Source of the DNA: Pseudomonadota bacterium
Lineage (GTDB): Bacteria; Bdellovibrionota_B; Oligoflexia; Oligoflexales; CAIYRB01
DNA: 64,000 nucleotides
Reading direction: 5' to 3'
NCBI GenBank assembly: GCA_031416315.1
Contig: JANOTL010000146.1
Location: 34,077-98,076, forward strand
The position numbers and the translations under genes are program-made. Of the stretch, positions 1 through 8,932 are shown piece after piece. The first letter of the stretch is position 1. Every line of letters begins with the position of its first letter. Below the pieces are notes generated by a model that worked only from the letters and a program-made list of their open reading frames with translations, was not told where the DNA came from and made no database searches.

Positions 1-1024
1 CGCGCGCCACGTCGTGCGCCATCGGCTTCACGTCGAGGTTGTAGGCCCATGAGGTCGGCGGAAAGGGCCCGGAGATGAGCCGGCCCTTGCCCTGGAAGAA
101 GGCCTCCATCATCTCCGCGCGATTGACCGCGTAGCTGATCGCCTGACGCACGCGCTTGTCCTTCAAGACGCCGCGTTGCGTGTTCATACCGAAGAACGAG
201 AACGAGAGCGCGTCGTAAGGCACGACGCTCAGCTTCGCGTCGCCCAGGACCTCGCCCAAGTCCCGCGGGCTCACGTACGTCACCAGGTCCAGCGAGTTGA
301 ACATCAAGGACTGGGCCATGATGCTCTGATCCGCGTAAGACTTCATGACGAGGTCGTCGATCGCCGGCTTGCCGCGGTAGTACCGCGCGTTCGCCTTCAG
401 CAGGACCTCGCCCTGCGCATTCGTCTTAACCAAACTGTACGGGCCGGTTCCGATGGGGCTCTTGGCGAAGGCGCTGTCGCGCGACAAAGCCGGCGCGGAG
501 CCCACGACGTGATTCGGCAGCACTTTGAACATGAGCGCGCGCAAAGGATCGACGAGAGCTCGATGAAGATGCACCGTCACCTTGTGGGCGTCGACCTTTT
601 CCGCCGACTTCAAGACTGCGAAGCGCTCCTTGTTCGGGATCGCGCTCGCGGGGGCTATGAGAAGGCGCACGGTGGCAACGATGTCGTCCGCCGTCAACTT
701 CGCGTCGGTCTTGCCGGCGCCGTCCTGCGGATGCCACACGACGTCGTCCCGCAAAGTGAAGGTCACCTGCGTGCCGCCGTTCTCGACCGTCCAGCTCTTC
801 GCGAGCGACGGAACATACGCGCCGCCCGGTCCGACCTCGACCAGCGAATCGAAGAGCAGGTCCGCAAGGCGCTGGCCGGAGCCTTCGTGCACCGTATACG
901 GATCGAAGGTGTCGAGGCGCGTCGTTTCGCCGTAAACAAGCTGGCCGTCGGTAGCGCCCAACGCAAGCTCGCTGCCGGTCAGGAGGAGGCTCACACAACC
1001 CAGTTTGATCAACGCGTTCTTCAT
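1..1024 (-). CDS. ABC transporter substrate-binding protein, family 5 (OppA/DppA-like); 3' end runs off the window
   Basis: Not in the ORF track. Manual translation from ATG 1024 (overlaps the upstream TGA): MKNALIKLGCVSLLL...LDTFDP...LFDSLV...PSLAKSW...VTFTLRDDVVWH...PIGTGPY...KRVRQAISYAVNR, all typical family-5 SBP motifs. Confidence 0.9.
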   Translation of the reverse strand, partial: MKNALIKLGCVSLLLTGSELALGATDGQLVYGETTRLDTFDPYTVHEGSGQRLADLLFDSLVEVGPGGAYVPSLAKSWTVENGGTQVTFTLRDDVVWHPQDGAGKTDAKLTADDIVATVRLLIAPASAIPNKERFAVLKSAEKVDAHKVTVHLHRALVDPLRALMFKVLPNHVVGSAPALSRDSAFAKSPIGTGPYSLVKTNAQGEVLLKANARYYRGKPAIDDLVMKSYADQSIMAQSLMFNSLDLVTYVSPRDLGEVLGDAKLSVVPYDALSFSFFGMNTQRGVLKDKRVRQAISYAVNRAEMMEAFFQGKGRLISGPFPPTSWAYNLDVKPMAHDVAR

Positions 1025-2334
1025 GACTTCGCTCCGAGATAATGAATCTTCGTTCTGAGTCGACTCTCAGTCTGAAGCTGTGTGCCCTGGTTAGTCAGTG
1101 CCACGAAAACACGGTCCCAGACGCCCACTTGCGCCCGGAAACTGAGGATGCCCAGCTTCGACATCAAAATGTCGCGGTTCATCCGCGTCTTGGTCTTGAA
1201 CATATAGGCGCGGCCCGTGAACAGATCGTACGCGTGAATCGGGTTGAACACCGAAGGATCCCGCTTCACGAAGAAGATCTTCCGGCTGTCCGGCGACCAC
1301 GCGGGCCCCGTGTTGAGGTCGATCACAACGTCCTCGGCGACGACCATCGTCATCAACTCGCTTTCCTTGAACGTCCGGCCCCCGTCGGTCGGCACGACGT
1401 GGATGTTCCACTTCCGGACCCCGTCGCCTCCCGCCTCGCCCGAGTCGGAATAGAATGCCACGTAGCGCCCGTCCGGCGATACCGTCGGCCGCAAGTCGTC
1501 CCGGGCCCACTGCGTCAAAGGCCGCGCCTTCGCCCAAGGCGAGCGCCGGTCGGGCCGCTCGACCAGATACAAGTCGTGGTTCAAGGCGTCACCGCTCGCA
1601 AACACGATCCGGTTCCCGTTCGGGAACCACTCGGGAAAGATGTCGACCGAGTCCGTCGCTGAAAGACGCTCGACGTCCTTCGACTTGAGGTCCACGAGGT
1701 AAATGTCGCCGTTCCCCGACCGCCCCGAGACGAAGGCGATCTCATTCGTGGACGGGCTCCAAGTCGCGTAGCCCTCTTTCGTCTGACTCTTCGTGACCGG
1801 TTTTTCCTTCGCGCCGATCGCACCGACATAGATGTTGTACTCGCCGACGCCGCCGTTAGACATGAAGGCAAAGCGCGTCGAGTCGCGGGACCATCTCAGG
1901 CCGGCGTTGTACGACTGCGCCGACTTCACCACCATGCCGTCGAGAAAGTCGTCCCGTCCCTTCGGCACCATCTGCAGGTCGCGCGCGTAATTGCCCGCGA
2001 GATCCTTCAGCATGATCTTTCGGAAGCCGTCCGTGATCACCTCGAAGCCGAGGTACACCCCGTCTGCCGACCAGCTGAGGTTGGCCTCGTTGAACCGAGC
2101 CTCCTCTGGGTTCAGCTGCTTCACCTCGATGAGGTTGAGGTCGCTACGCGCTTCGTCGAGCGACGGGTACTTCCTCACGTAATCCGTCGCGGTCGGGAAA
2201 AATTTGTTCACGAACGGCGGGAAATACTCGCCGTCCTTCGCCACGAACTCCGTGAGCGGCACGCCGGTCGTCTCGACGGTCGTACAGCCGCCGGAAGTCA
2301 GGATCGCAATCGCGAGTAAGAAGGCCTTGCGCAT
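1021..2334 (-). CDS. TolB-like beta-propeller (PD40 repeat) lipoprotein
   Basis: Start moved to MRKAFLLAIAILTSGGC (lipoprotein-like signal). Repeated WSADG, WSRDS, WSPS, WFPNG, VSPDG and WSPDS blades. Confidence 0.85.
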   Translation of the reverse strand: MRKAFLLAIAILTSGGCTTVETTGVPLTEFVAKDGEYFPPFVNKFFPTATDYVRKYPSLDEARSDLNLIEVKQLNPEEARFNEANLSWSADGVYLGFEVITDGFRKIMLKDLAGNYARDLQMVPKGRDDFLDGMVVKSAQSYNAGLRWSRDSTRFAFMSNGGVGEYNIYVGAIGAKEKPVTKSQTKEGYATWSPSTNEIAFVSGRSGNGDIYLVDLKSKDVERLSATDSVDIFPEWFPNGNRIVFASGDALNHDLYLVERPDRRSPWAKARPLTQWARDDLRPTVSPDGRYVAFYSDSGEAGGDGVRKWNIHVVPTDGGRTFKESELMTMVVAEDVVIDLNTGPAWSPDSRKIFFVKRDPSVFNPIHAYDLFTGRAYMFKTKTRMNRDILMSKLGILSFRAQVGVWDRVFVALTNQGTQLQTESRLRTKIHYLGAKS

Positions 2335-2339
2335 GACTC

Positions 2340-5300
2340 TCACTGATTCGAGACGTTTTTCGCCGCGCCCAAGGACGCTTGCGCCTGCCGGTAGTATACC
2401 TGCGCATTCTCCACGTAGGCCTTGCTCGCACCCTCCGCGGGAAGCGACCTCGCGCTTCCATCCAGGTAGCTGCGCCAAGTCCTCACCGTGTCCGCCAAGC
2501 CCGCCTGATCCTGAGACATCAGCCAAAGCTTGTGCCGCGCCAGGGCGCGATGGAAATCGACGTTGTGCACCGCTTGCGCATACTGCTCCGCCATGACGAA
2601 GCGAAGCTGCGGCACGACGTTCTCGAGAACTTCGATGGCCTTTTTGTAGTGCGCCGCCGCCGCCTGCGGCTGATCCGTCCCCAGCTTCTCCGCCGTCTCG
2701 AAGAGCGCGATGCCCTCGTCGACGTGCGAGCCGATGAAGCGCTTGTCCATGAACTGCTTGACCCCTTCATCCGCCGTCACGAGCCCGAACGCCTCGGCCG
2801 CCTTCGCCGGCTGATCGAGCACGTTCAGGTAGATCTCGCCGGCTTCGTGCCGCGCCAAGAGATAGTCCGAATGCGTCTTCGGAATCGCCTCGTAGGCGGC
2901 GAGGGCGTCCTCGACCTTGCCCTCTTTCAGCAAGCGTTGCGCGATGGTCCTTTGGTCCGACTCCAGCTGAATCGCGTTGGCTCCCGTTAAATCCAGTGTG
3001 CCCTGATCCAGCTCGAGGACCTGGGAATAGGACTTGTAACCGCCACCCGGCGCTTCGATCTCGACCTTGACGAAGCCCGAAGGCACCGGGATCGGCGTCG
3101 CCAGCGGCGTCTTCCCGATCAGCTTGCCTTCCACCTTCACCGCCGCGCCGGTCGGCACGGAGTCGACGCGCAGGAACGCCGTCTCACGCTTCACCGAAAC
3201 GTCGAGACGCGACTGCGAGGTCAGGGCGACCGACTTCGACACCGGCTGAAAGCCGTGGCGAATCACCTTGATCGTCCCGGTCCCGGTCGCGTCCAGATAC
3301 AAGCGCCCTTGATCGTCCGTCGCCCCGATCCAGGCGTCGTTGAAGTAGACGTTCGCCTGCGGAATCGGGTCCGACCCCGAGCCCTTCAGATTCCCCGACA
3401 CGCGAATCTGAGCGCCGCCCGCTTCCATCACGCGCCGCGGCCGTAGCGCCACGAGGTCGCCGCGCTCGATCGTGGCGCGGGATACGAGACCCTGCACCGC
3501 GCACTTTGCCGTCGTGTCGAAGACCTCGCGGATCACGAGCCGCGCGATGTTTTTTTGCTCCTGGACCAGGCCCTTGTTCGCCGAAACGACGCCGTAAACA
3601 TCCAGAACGTCTCCGGCTTTCACGCCGCGGCCGGCGCCGTAGCCGAGGTTGATCACGACCTTGTCGGCTTCCTTCGACAACACGGCGCCCTCGAAAGGGA
3701 AGGCGCGCGTGATCTTCTTCGCCACCACGGCGACCGCACGGTCGACGGAGGCTTTGTCGTTCACGTTGTCGAGATCTTCCTTCGCCGCGGCGATCACGCG
3801 TCCGGCGCTGTCGACGACGCTCAATTCCAAGCTCGGCTTCGGGCCTGGGATGATCGTCGGCAAGAGCAAGGCGTCGACCGTCGCCTTCAGGTCCGTGTCG
3901 CCCCAACCCTGACGCAACATCTGCGGCAAGCCGCGCCCGATGCGCTTCGACGCGCGATCGAGCAAAGCGATCGGATACTCTTTGAACGCCGCGGAGGAGA
4001 AAAGGTGCTTCCGCGCCGCTGACTTCACTGCATCGTCCAAAGGACCCTGCAGCGCCGCCGCCGCCTTCGCATCGACCGCGCCGGCTGGCTGCGGCATGAG
4101 CACGGCGACGCGCACCGACGGCGGATCGGCCGGCGTGAACGGCCGCACCAGCTTCATCGGCCCCGTGGCGACGAAGTCGGTCTCGTAGGTTTCGGGCAGG
4201 TAACCTTTCGATTTCAGGGTCACCGTGATCAAATCGTCGGCTTTCCCCTCATAGACGTGCGAATAGCGGCCGAATCGGTCGGTGACGCCGACGCGCTTGT
4301 CGTTGACGTAGATCTCCACGTCCTTCAAGCCGGTGGTGAAGTTGTAGGCCTTCGTCACCGTGAAGATGTCGATCGTCTGGCCGCGCTCGAGGTCGATCTT
4401 CAGGATCTGCTTCTCGTCGACCGTCGCCGTCACGCTCTTCGTCTTGAAGCCCTGCTTCACTGCGACGAAGGTGACCGCGCCCTCCGGCTTCTCCGGGAAG
4501 CGGATGGCGCAACGCCCGCGGGCGTTCGTGGTGCATGCGACCTTCAGGTCGCCGTCTTCGTCCTGACCGAGGAGCACCTGCGCCTCAGCGACGGGCGCTT
4601 CGCCAGCGAAGACGTGTACCGTGAAGACGTGCGCGCCCTGGTCGGGACGATGCGGCTTCGGATACACCGCCGGCTTTTGCTCGGCGACGAAATCGAGGTT
4701 CACCGCAGCGAGCTCAGGCTTCGGATTGACGATGGACTGCTCGATCGTGCCGATGGCCGCAGGCGCGGCCGGCTCATCCGCCGCCGGCTCCTCGGCCGCC
4801 AGCTCCTCGGCCGCGCCGTCGCCTTCGGGCGCGGCAATTTCGGCCGCCACATCCGTCGCCTTCGCCGCTTCCGCCGCCAAAACCGCGGTCAGATCCTCAT
4901 CCTTCGGTGGCGCCGCCTCGACCTTGGCTTCTGCCTCCGCGCTCGCGCTCACGCCCGTATCCGTAGTCGTAGTCGGACTCGCAGTCGGACTCGCCCCCAC
5001 ATCCTTAGCCCCCGCCACCTCATTTGCCGAAGGCTTCGGCACGAAGTAAAGCGTCGCCGCCACGTCCAAGTCCAACGGCTTGGCGTCGCCTACCGAAAAC
5101 GTCTCGTAGTAAGGCGCGAAGTAGTACTGCGCGCTTTCCTTCTTCACCTCGAGCCGCCGCCGCGCGCCGACGGGAAGATCGGTGTCTCCCTCGAAGAGCC
5201 CGAGCGCGTTCGTCCTGCCGAGCTCGATGCCGTCGAGCGCGACAATCGCCGCGCTCACGGGATCGCCTTGATTCGTCTTCGCCTCGACCCGGAAGCGCAC

Positions 5301-5369
5301 ACGCGCTTCGCGCTTCATGCAGCTCGTGGCGAGCAAGACGGCAACGACCAATAATCCAAGCTTTTTCAC
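2340..5369 (-). CDS. 1009-aa multidomain lipoprotein: beta-sandwich repeats, FlgT-C-like segment, PEGA domain, TPR-like C-terminus
   Basis: Lipobox LATSC; repeated 'V.vdg..lG.Td..G' modules; KVVINLGYGAGRGVKAGDVLDVY; PEGA signature LRVDSVPTGAAVKVEGKLIGKTPL; helical C-terminus; AGGAG RBS. Confidence 0.8.
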   Translation of the reverse strand: MKKLGLLVVAVLLATSCMKREARVRFRVEAKTNQGDPVSAAIVALDGIELGRTNALGLFEGDTDLPVGARRRLEVKKESAQYYFAPYYETFSVGDAKPLDLDVAATLYFVPKPSANEVAGAKDVGASPTASPTTTTDTGVSASAEAEAKVEAAPPKDEDLTAVLAAEAAKATDVAAEIAAPEGDGAAEELAAEEPAADEPAAPAAIGTIEQSIVNPKPELAAVNLDFVAEQKPAVYPKPHRPDQGAHVFTVHVFAGEAPVAEAQVLLGQDEDGDLKVACTTNARGRCAIRFPEKPEGAVTFVAVKQGFKTKSVTATVDEKQILKIDLERGQTIDIFTVTKAYNFTTGLKDVEIYVNDKRVGVTDRFGRYSHVYEGKADDLITVTLKSKGYLPETYETDFVATGPMKLVRPFTPADPPSVRVAVLMPQPAGAVDAKAAAALQGPLDDAVKSAARKHLFSSAAFKEYPIALLDRASKRIGRGLPQMLRQGWGDTDLKATVDALLLPTIIPGPKPSLELSVVDSAGRVIAAAKEDLDNVNDKASVDRAVAVVAKKITRAFPFEGAVLSKEADKVVINLGYGAGRGVKAGDVLDVYGVVSANKGLVQEQKNIARLVIREVFDTTAKCAVQGLVSRATIERGDLVALRPRRVMEAGGAQIRVSGNLKGSGSDPIPQANVYFNDAWIGATDDQGRLYLDATGTGTIKVIRHGFQPVSKSVALTSQSRLDVSVKRETAFLRVDSVPTGAAVKVEGKLIGKTPLATPIPVPSGFVKVEIEAPGGGYKSYSQVLELDQGTLDLTGANAIQLESDQRTIAQRLLKEGKVEDALAAYEAIPKTHSDYLLARHEAGEIYLNVLDQPAKAAEAFGLVTADEGVKQFMDKRFIGSHVDEGIALFETAEKLGTDQPQAAAAHYKKAIEVLENVVPQLRFVMAEQYAQAVHNVDFHRALARHKLWLMSQDQAGLADTVRTWRSYLDGSARSLPAEGASKAYVENAQVYYRQAQASLGAAKNVSNQ

Positions 5370-5397
5370 GAAGGCTCCTCGCTCATCAGGCCCAAGC

Positions 5398-5802
5398 TCA
5401 TAGATTCGGCGGCGTCAGCGTCGCCCCGCCGGCGCCGCGATCCGGGTCGCCGCCGTAGTTAGCGCCCACCGTCGACGCGCGCGCGCGCGGCACCGGCTTC
5501 ATCTCGATTTCGAGCCCGTCGGTCTCGCCGAGCATGACGCGGCGCGACTCCGGGGCGAATCCGGGCACCAAGGCCTCGACGAGGTAGGGACCCGGCTCTA
5601 GCGACTCGCTCGCCGCAAAGCGACCCGAGGAGTCGACCTCGACGACGACCGGCGCCGCCTTGTTGTCGGGAGCGAGACTCGAGATATTCACTCGCGCCTC
5701 TTTACTGGTGACGATGATGCCGCCCGGGCCTTTGAGCTGGCCCGCGAGGGTGGGCGCGCAGCCCGTGACGACGAGTGCCAAAGCCAACGCACGCAGATTC
5801 AT
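5398..5802 (-). CDS. Small lipoprotein, carboxypeptidase-regulatory-like (transthyretin-like) domain
   Basis: MNLRALALALVVTGC lipobox; DSSGRF...LEPGPYLVEALVPGF pattern; ATGA overlap with the upstream gene. Confidence 0.7.
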   Translation of the reverse strand: MNLRALALALVVTGCAPTLAGQLKGPGGIIVTSKEARVNISSLAPDNKAAPVVVEVDSSGRFAASESLEPGPYLVEALVPGFAPESRRVMLGETDGLEIEMKPVPRARASTVGANYGGDPDRGAGGATLTPPNL

Positions 5803-6485
5803 TGCACGTCCTTTCGGGAGACCCACATGACAGAATCGGTACCGGGAACGACGACCAAGGCCGCGTCTCCGTCAAAGGAAACGGAGCGAAACATCGCGCC
5901 TTTCGGGATTTCGACCTTCACCGGCGAGCGCTCGGGAAAGCTCCGCGCCGCGGCGATCGGCTTCGTCGCGACGAGGGTCGGCAGATCCTCGACCTCGAGC
6001 GTCACGGGATCCTTCAGCGCTTCGCCGTCCGCGAGCGTCTGATGATGCACCCAGCCACGCCGGCCGTTGCCCGGCACGAACACTTTCTGCCAAACGCCGA
6101 CCCGGTCAAAAAGGAGCACCGAGGTGCCCTGAGTCAGCACGAACTCCTCGAGGTCGAACTGCGCGCCAGGCCCCGAGCGCACTTCGGCCCGCGGTCGGCT
6201 CACCTTCGCGGCTAAGAGCATTTCGCCCGGCACGATGAAGCGCGCCGCGTCGGCCCGCACTTCGAGCGCGGTGCCGAACACCAGGGGCAGAATCGTCTCG
6301 GTCTTCAGAATCGAGGCGCGCGCCGGCGCTGGCGCCGCCTCGACGGCAGCGCTTGTTTTTTCAGCAGCCCGCGCCGCAATAAGCGACGAAGCCGCGCTCT
6401 TGTCGGCGGCCTCCGACTCGAGCTGCGGCGTCTGACACGCGACCAGAAGGGTCGCGAGCGCGAGCGTTAGTTTCCGGCCTCCCAT
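5799..6485 (-). CDS. Bacterial SH3-domain lipoprotein
   Basis: Lipobox LLVAC; AEVRSGPG...GVWQKV...GRRGWVH is an SH3b signature; probable second SH3-like module ending MWVSRKDV. Confidence 0.75.
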   Translation of the reverse strand: MGGRKLTLALATLLVACQTPQLESEAADKSAASSLIAARAAEKTSAAVEAAPAPARASILKTETILPLVFGTALEVRADAARFIVPGEMLLAAKVSRPRAEVRSGPGAQFDLEEFVLTQGTSVLLFDRVGVWQKVFVPGNGRRGWVHHQTLADGEALKDPVTLEVEDLPTLVATKPIAAARSFPERSPVKVEIPKGAMFRSVSFDGDAALVVVPGTDSVMWVSRKDVQ

Positions 6486-6489
6486 GGTC

Positions 6490-7554
6490 TCATCTCGTTC
6501 CTGAGCCGATCTTGATTTCGACCGGCACGTTGTAAGTCATTCGGTGGGCGCCCGTCTTGTCGGTGACGCCGATCTTGATGCCGGTAAAAGTGCCGGACTG
6601 CTCTTTCGCCACCGGAAAGCTGAAGCTCATCTTCTTGAACCTGCGGATGCCGAAGTTGGACGACTTTTGTAGCTCGCTCGGCTCGCCGTCCGCCTTCACG
6701 CCGATCGACGGCGGATCAGCGATGTAGGAGACCTCGCCCTTGTCGTTCGTGAAGGCCGCGACTGCCCAAATGTAACCCTCGGCGCGGTCGCCCGATTTGT
6801 TGGTCAGGTCGAAATTCAACTGCAGGGAGTCGGCCGCCGTCTGGATGACCGGGTTGCCAACGCTGACCTGCGACTTCTCGCCGGCGGGAGCGTTCGCGGC
6901 CGTCTCGGGCGCCTCTGGGGGGGGAGCCTTCGCGGCGAGCTTTTGCATGGCTGCATCTTTCGCGGCTTCCTTCGCTGCGAGCTTTTGCGCCAGAGCCTCC
7001 TTGGCGGCCTCTTCCTTCGCCGCCGCCTTCTGCTGCGCGAGCAGTTTGGCCGCTTCTTTTGCCGCTTCTTTTGCAGCCAACTTCGCGGCCGCCTTGCTCG
7101 CCGGCGTCTCCCGCTCCTTGGCGATCGGCACCGGCTCGGTCGAATCGGCCGCCAGAACCTCCTTCGCCGCCTCGGCCGCCGCCGCTTCCATTTCCGCCTT
7201 TTCCTTAGCCTCGCGCGCAGGGCTCGCCGCCGCGATCAGGGCTTCGTCGCTCTGTGCGCCCTTGCCGGGATAGGCGATCTCGTAGACGCCGTCGTAGCGA
7301 GTCTCGTACTCGAACACAGTCGCCATCGACGCCCGGAGCGAGCGGGTCAGGCCATCATTATCCTTATGAGCCTGGGCAAGCAGCAGAGCGCTGCCGACGG
7401 CCCAAACCATGGTCCCCAGTGCCAAAAATAGCGTCAGCTGCGCCCGACCCAGAGGGATCTTGAGCGACCGGGTCCGCGACGAGTCGACGAAGTAGATGAT
7501 GTTCAACGTCTTCTTGCGCGGGCTTTGCGGCTGTTCAGGGTCGGACTTACCCAC
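6490..7554 (-). CDS. Single-pass membrane protein with Ala/Lys/Glu-rich linker and C-terminal beta domain (paralog of 49590-50507)
   Basis: GTG 7554 preceded by GGAGG; one hydrophobic segment; AAKE repeats. Confidence 0.7.
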   Translation of the reverse strand: MGKSDPEQPQSPRKKTLNIIYFVDSSRTRSLKIPLGRAQLTLFLALGTMVWAVGSALLLAQAHKDNDGLTRSLRASMATVFEYETRYDGVYEIAYPGKGAQSDEALIAAASPAREAKEKAEMEAAAAEAAKEVLAADSTEPVPIAKERETPASKAAAKLAAKEAAKEAAKLLAQQKAAAKEEAAKEALAQKLAAKEAAKDAAMQKLAAKAPPPEAPETAANAPAGEKSQVSVGNPVIQTAADSLQLNFDLTNKSGDRAEGYIWAVAAFTNDKGEVSYIADPPSIGVKADGEPSELQKSSNFGIRRFKKMSFSFPVAKEQSGTFTGIKIGVTDKTGAHRMTYNVPVEIKIGSGTR

Positions 7555-7729
7555 AGGGGCCTCCAGCGACGGGCTCCTAAACGGAAACACCGGGCAAAAA
7601 TGGTCCGGTGTTCAACTTTTGACGGCTTTGCTTCCTAAAAGAGTATGCCGGTGGAGCCCCGAACGCAACCGGAGCGCATCCCAGGAGATTCTTTCCACAA
7701 AGCGCGATTCGCGGTAAATTGGCCAAGCG

Positions 7730-8932
7730 ATGCTCACGCCGACCGCCAACGCCCCGACCCTTCGGGTCGCCATCTATCGCACCTCGAGCCTCGGCGACAC
7801 GGTGCTCGCGACCGCGTGCCTCGACCTCTTGGAGAAGCTCGGCGTGCCGACCGAGGTGACCTGGATCGGCCGTGGCGCCGCGCTCGACGTCATCGCGCAA
7901 GCGTGGCCGGCGGTGAAGACTCTCGACCTCGCGCGCACGGCGACGCTCGCCGACCTTCAGCGCGCCGTAGACCAGCTGCAGCATCAGCACCTCCTCGTCG
8001 ATCTGCAGTGCAACCTTCGCTCGCAATGGCTGGCGCGCAACCTCAAGGCGCTGCACGGCGTGCCCTTCTTTTCGGCAGACAAAGCCCAGCTTCTGCGCAG
8101 CCGCCTCCTCGTCGAAGCGCGCGTACGCGGCCGCAGGAAGCCCTTGCCCGAGCGAGCCCGCATCGCGCCTCGCCCGCAGTACGAGATGATGTGTGACGCG
8201 CTCCGCCGAGCGCTGCGTCACCACCTGCCCGTCGAGATGCGCGACGGGCTCGAGACCGCGGTCGTCCGCCCGCGCTTGTCGATCCCCGACGCCTTCCAAA
8301 CTCCCTGGCGCAAAGAGCTACGCTTTGGCGCCTGGCTCGCCGTCGCGCCCGGAGCGGCGCATCCCACCAAGCAGGCGCCGCTTGGGCTCATGCGGGACGT
8401 ATTGGTCAAAGTGCGCGAGGGGCTCCTGCGTCTCGGCGGCGATGCGCCTCCGACTCTGGGACTCGCCTTCTTCGGCGACGACAACGACCGCGCCTCGGCG
8501 CGCACGCTTCTTGACGATCTCGGCTGGCGCGATCCGGTGCTGAATATGGCCGGCCGTCTCTCGCTCTGGGAGACCGCCGTCGCGCTGAGCGAGTCGAGCT
8601 GCCTCCTGAGCAACGACTCCTCCCTCGGCCACATCGCTGAGGCCGTCGACACGCCCGCCGTCCTTCTCTTCGGCCCGACGGTCGAGGGCTTCGGGTTCGG
8701 GCCGCGCATGCGCCAAAGCCGCGCGTTCTCGAGTCTGGTCGGCTGTCGTCCCTGCTCGAAACACGGCAAGGTCGACTGCCGCTACGGCGACAAGCTCTGC
8801 TTCACCACCTTGAGCTCCGACGCGATCGCCGATCACCTGATCTCCCTGATCGTCGCGCCGGAGTCGCGACACCTGCATCGCACTGGCTTCACAACCTCCG
8901 CGCGGCCCGCCGCGCCCGAAGCGTTCGCGTGA
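7730..8932 (+). CDS. Glycosyltransferase family 9 (LPS heptosyltransferase, WaaF/RfaF-like)
   Basis: SSLGDTVL, DLQ, APGA..PTK and SNDSSLGHIAEAVDTP.V.LFGPT motifs; adjacent to waaA. Confidence 0.9.
   Translation: MLTPTANAPTLRVAIYRTSSLGDTVLATACLDLLEKLGVPTEVTWIGRGAALDVIAQAWPAVKTLDLARTATLADLQRAVDQLQHQHLLVDLQCNLRSQWLARNLKALHGVPFFSADKAQLLRSRLLVEARVRGRRKPLPERARIAPRPQYEMMCDALRRALRHHLPVEMRDGLETAVVRPRLSIPDAFQTPWRKELRFGAWLAVAPGAAHPTKQAPLGLMRDVLVKVREGLLRLGGDAPPTLGLAFFGDDNDRASARTLLDDLGWRDPVLNMAGRLSLWETAVALSESSCLLSNDSSLGHIAEAVDTPAVLLFGPTVEGFGFGPRMRQSRAFSSLVGCRPCSKHGKVDCRYGDKLCFTTLSSDAIADHLISLIVAPESRHLHRTGFTTSARPAAPEAFA

Noticed and set aside
3548..3557. A-AAA-AAC slippery heptamer in the 1009-aa gene (minus strand)
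   Set aside because: The ORF continues with coherent domains and I saw no stimulatory structure or meaningful -1 product.
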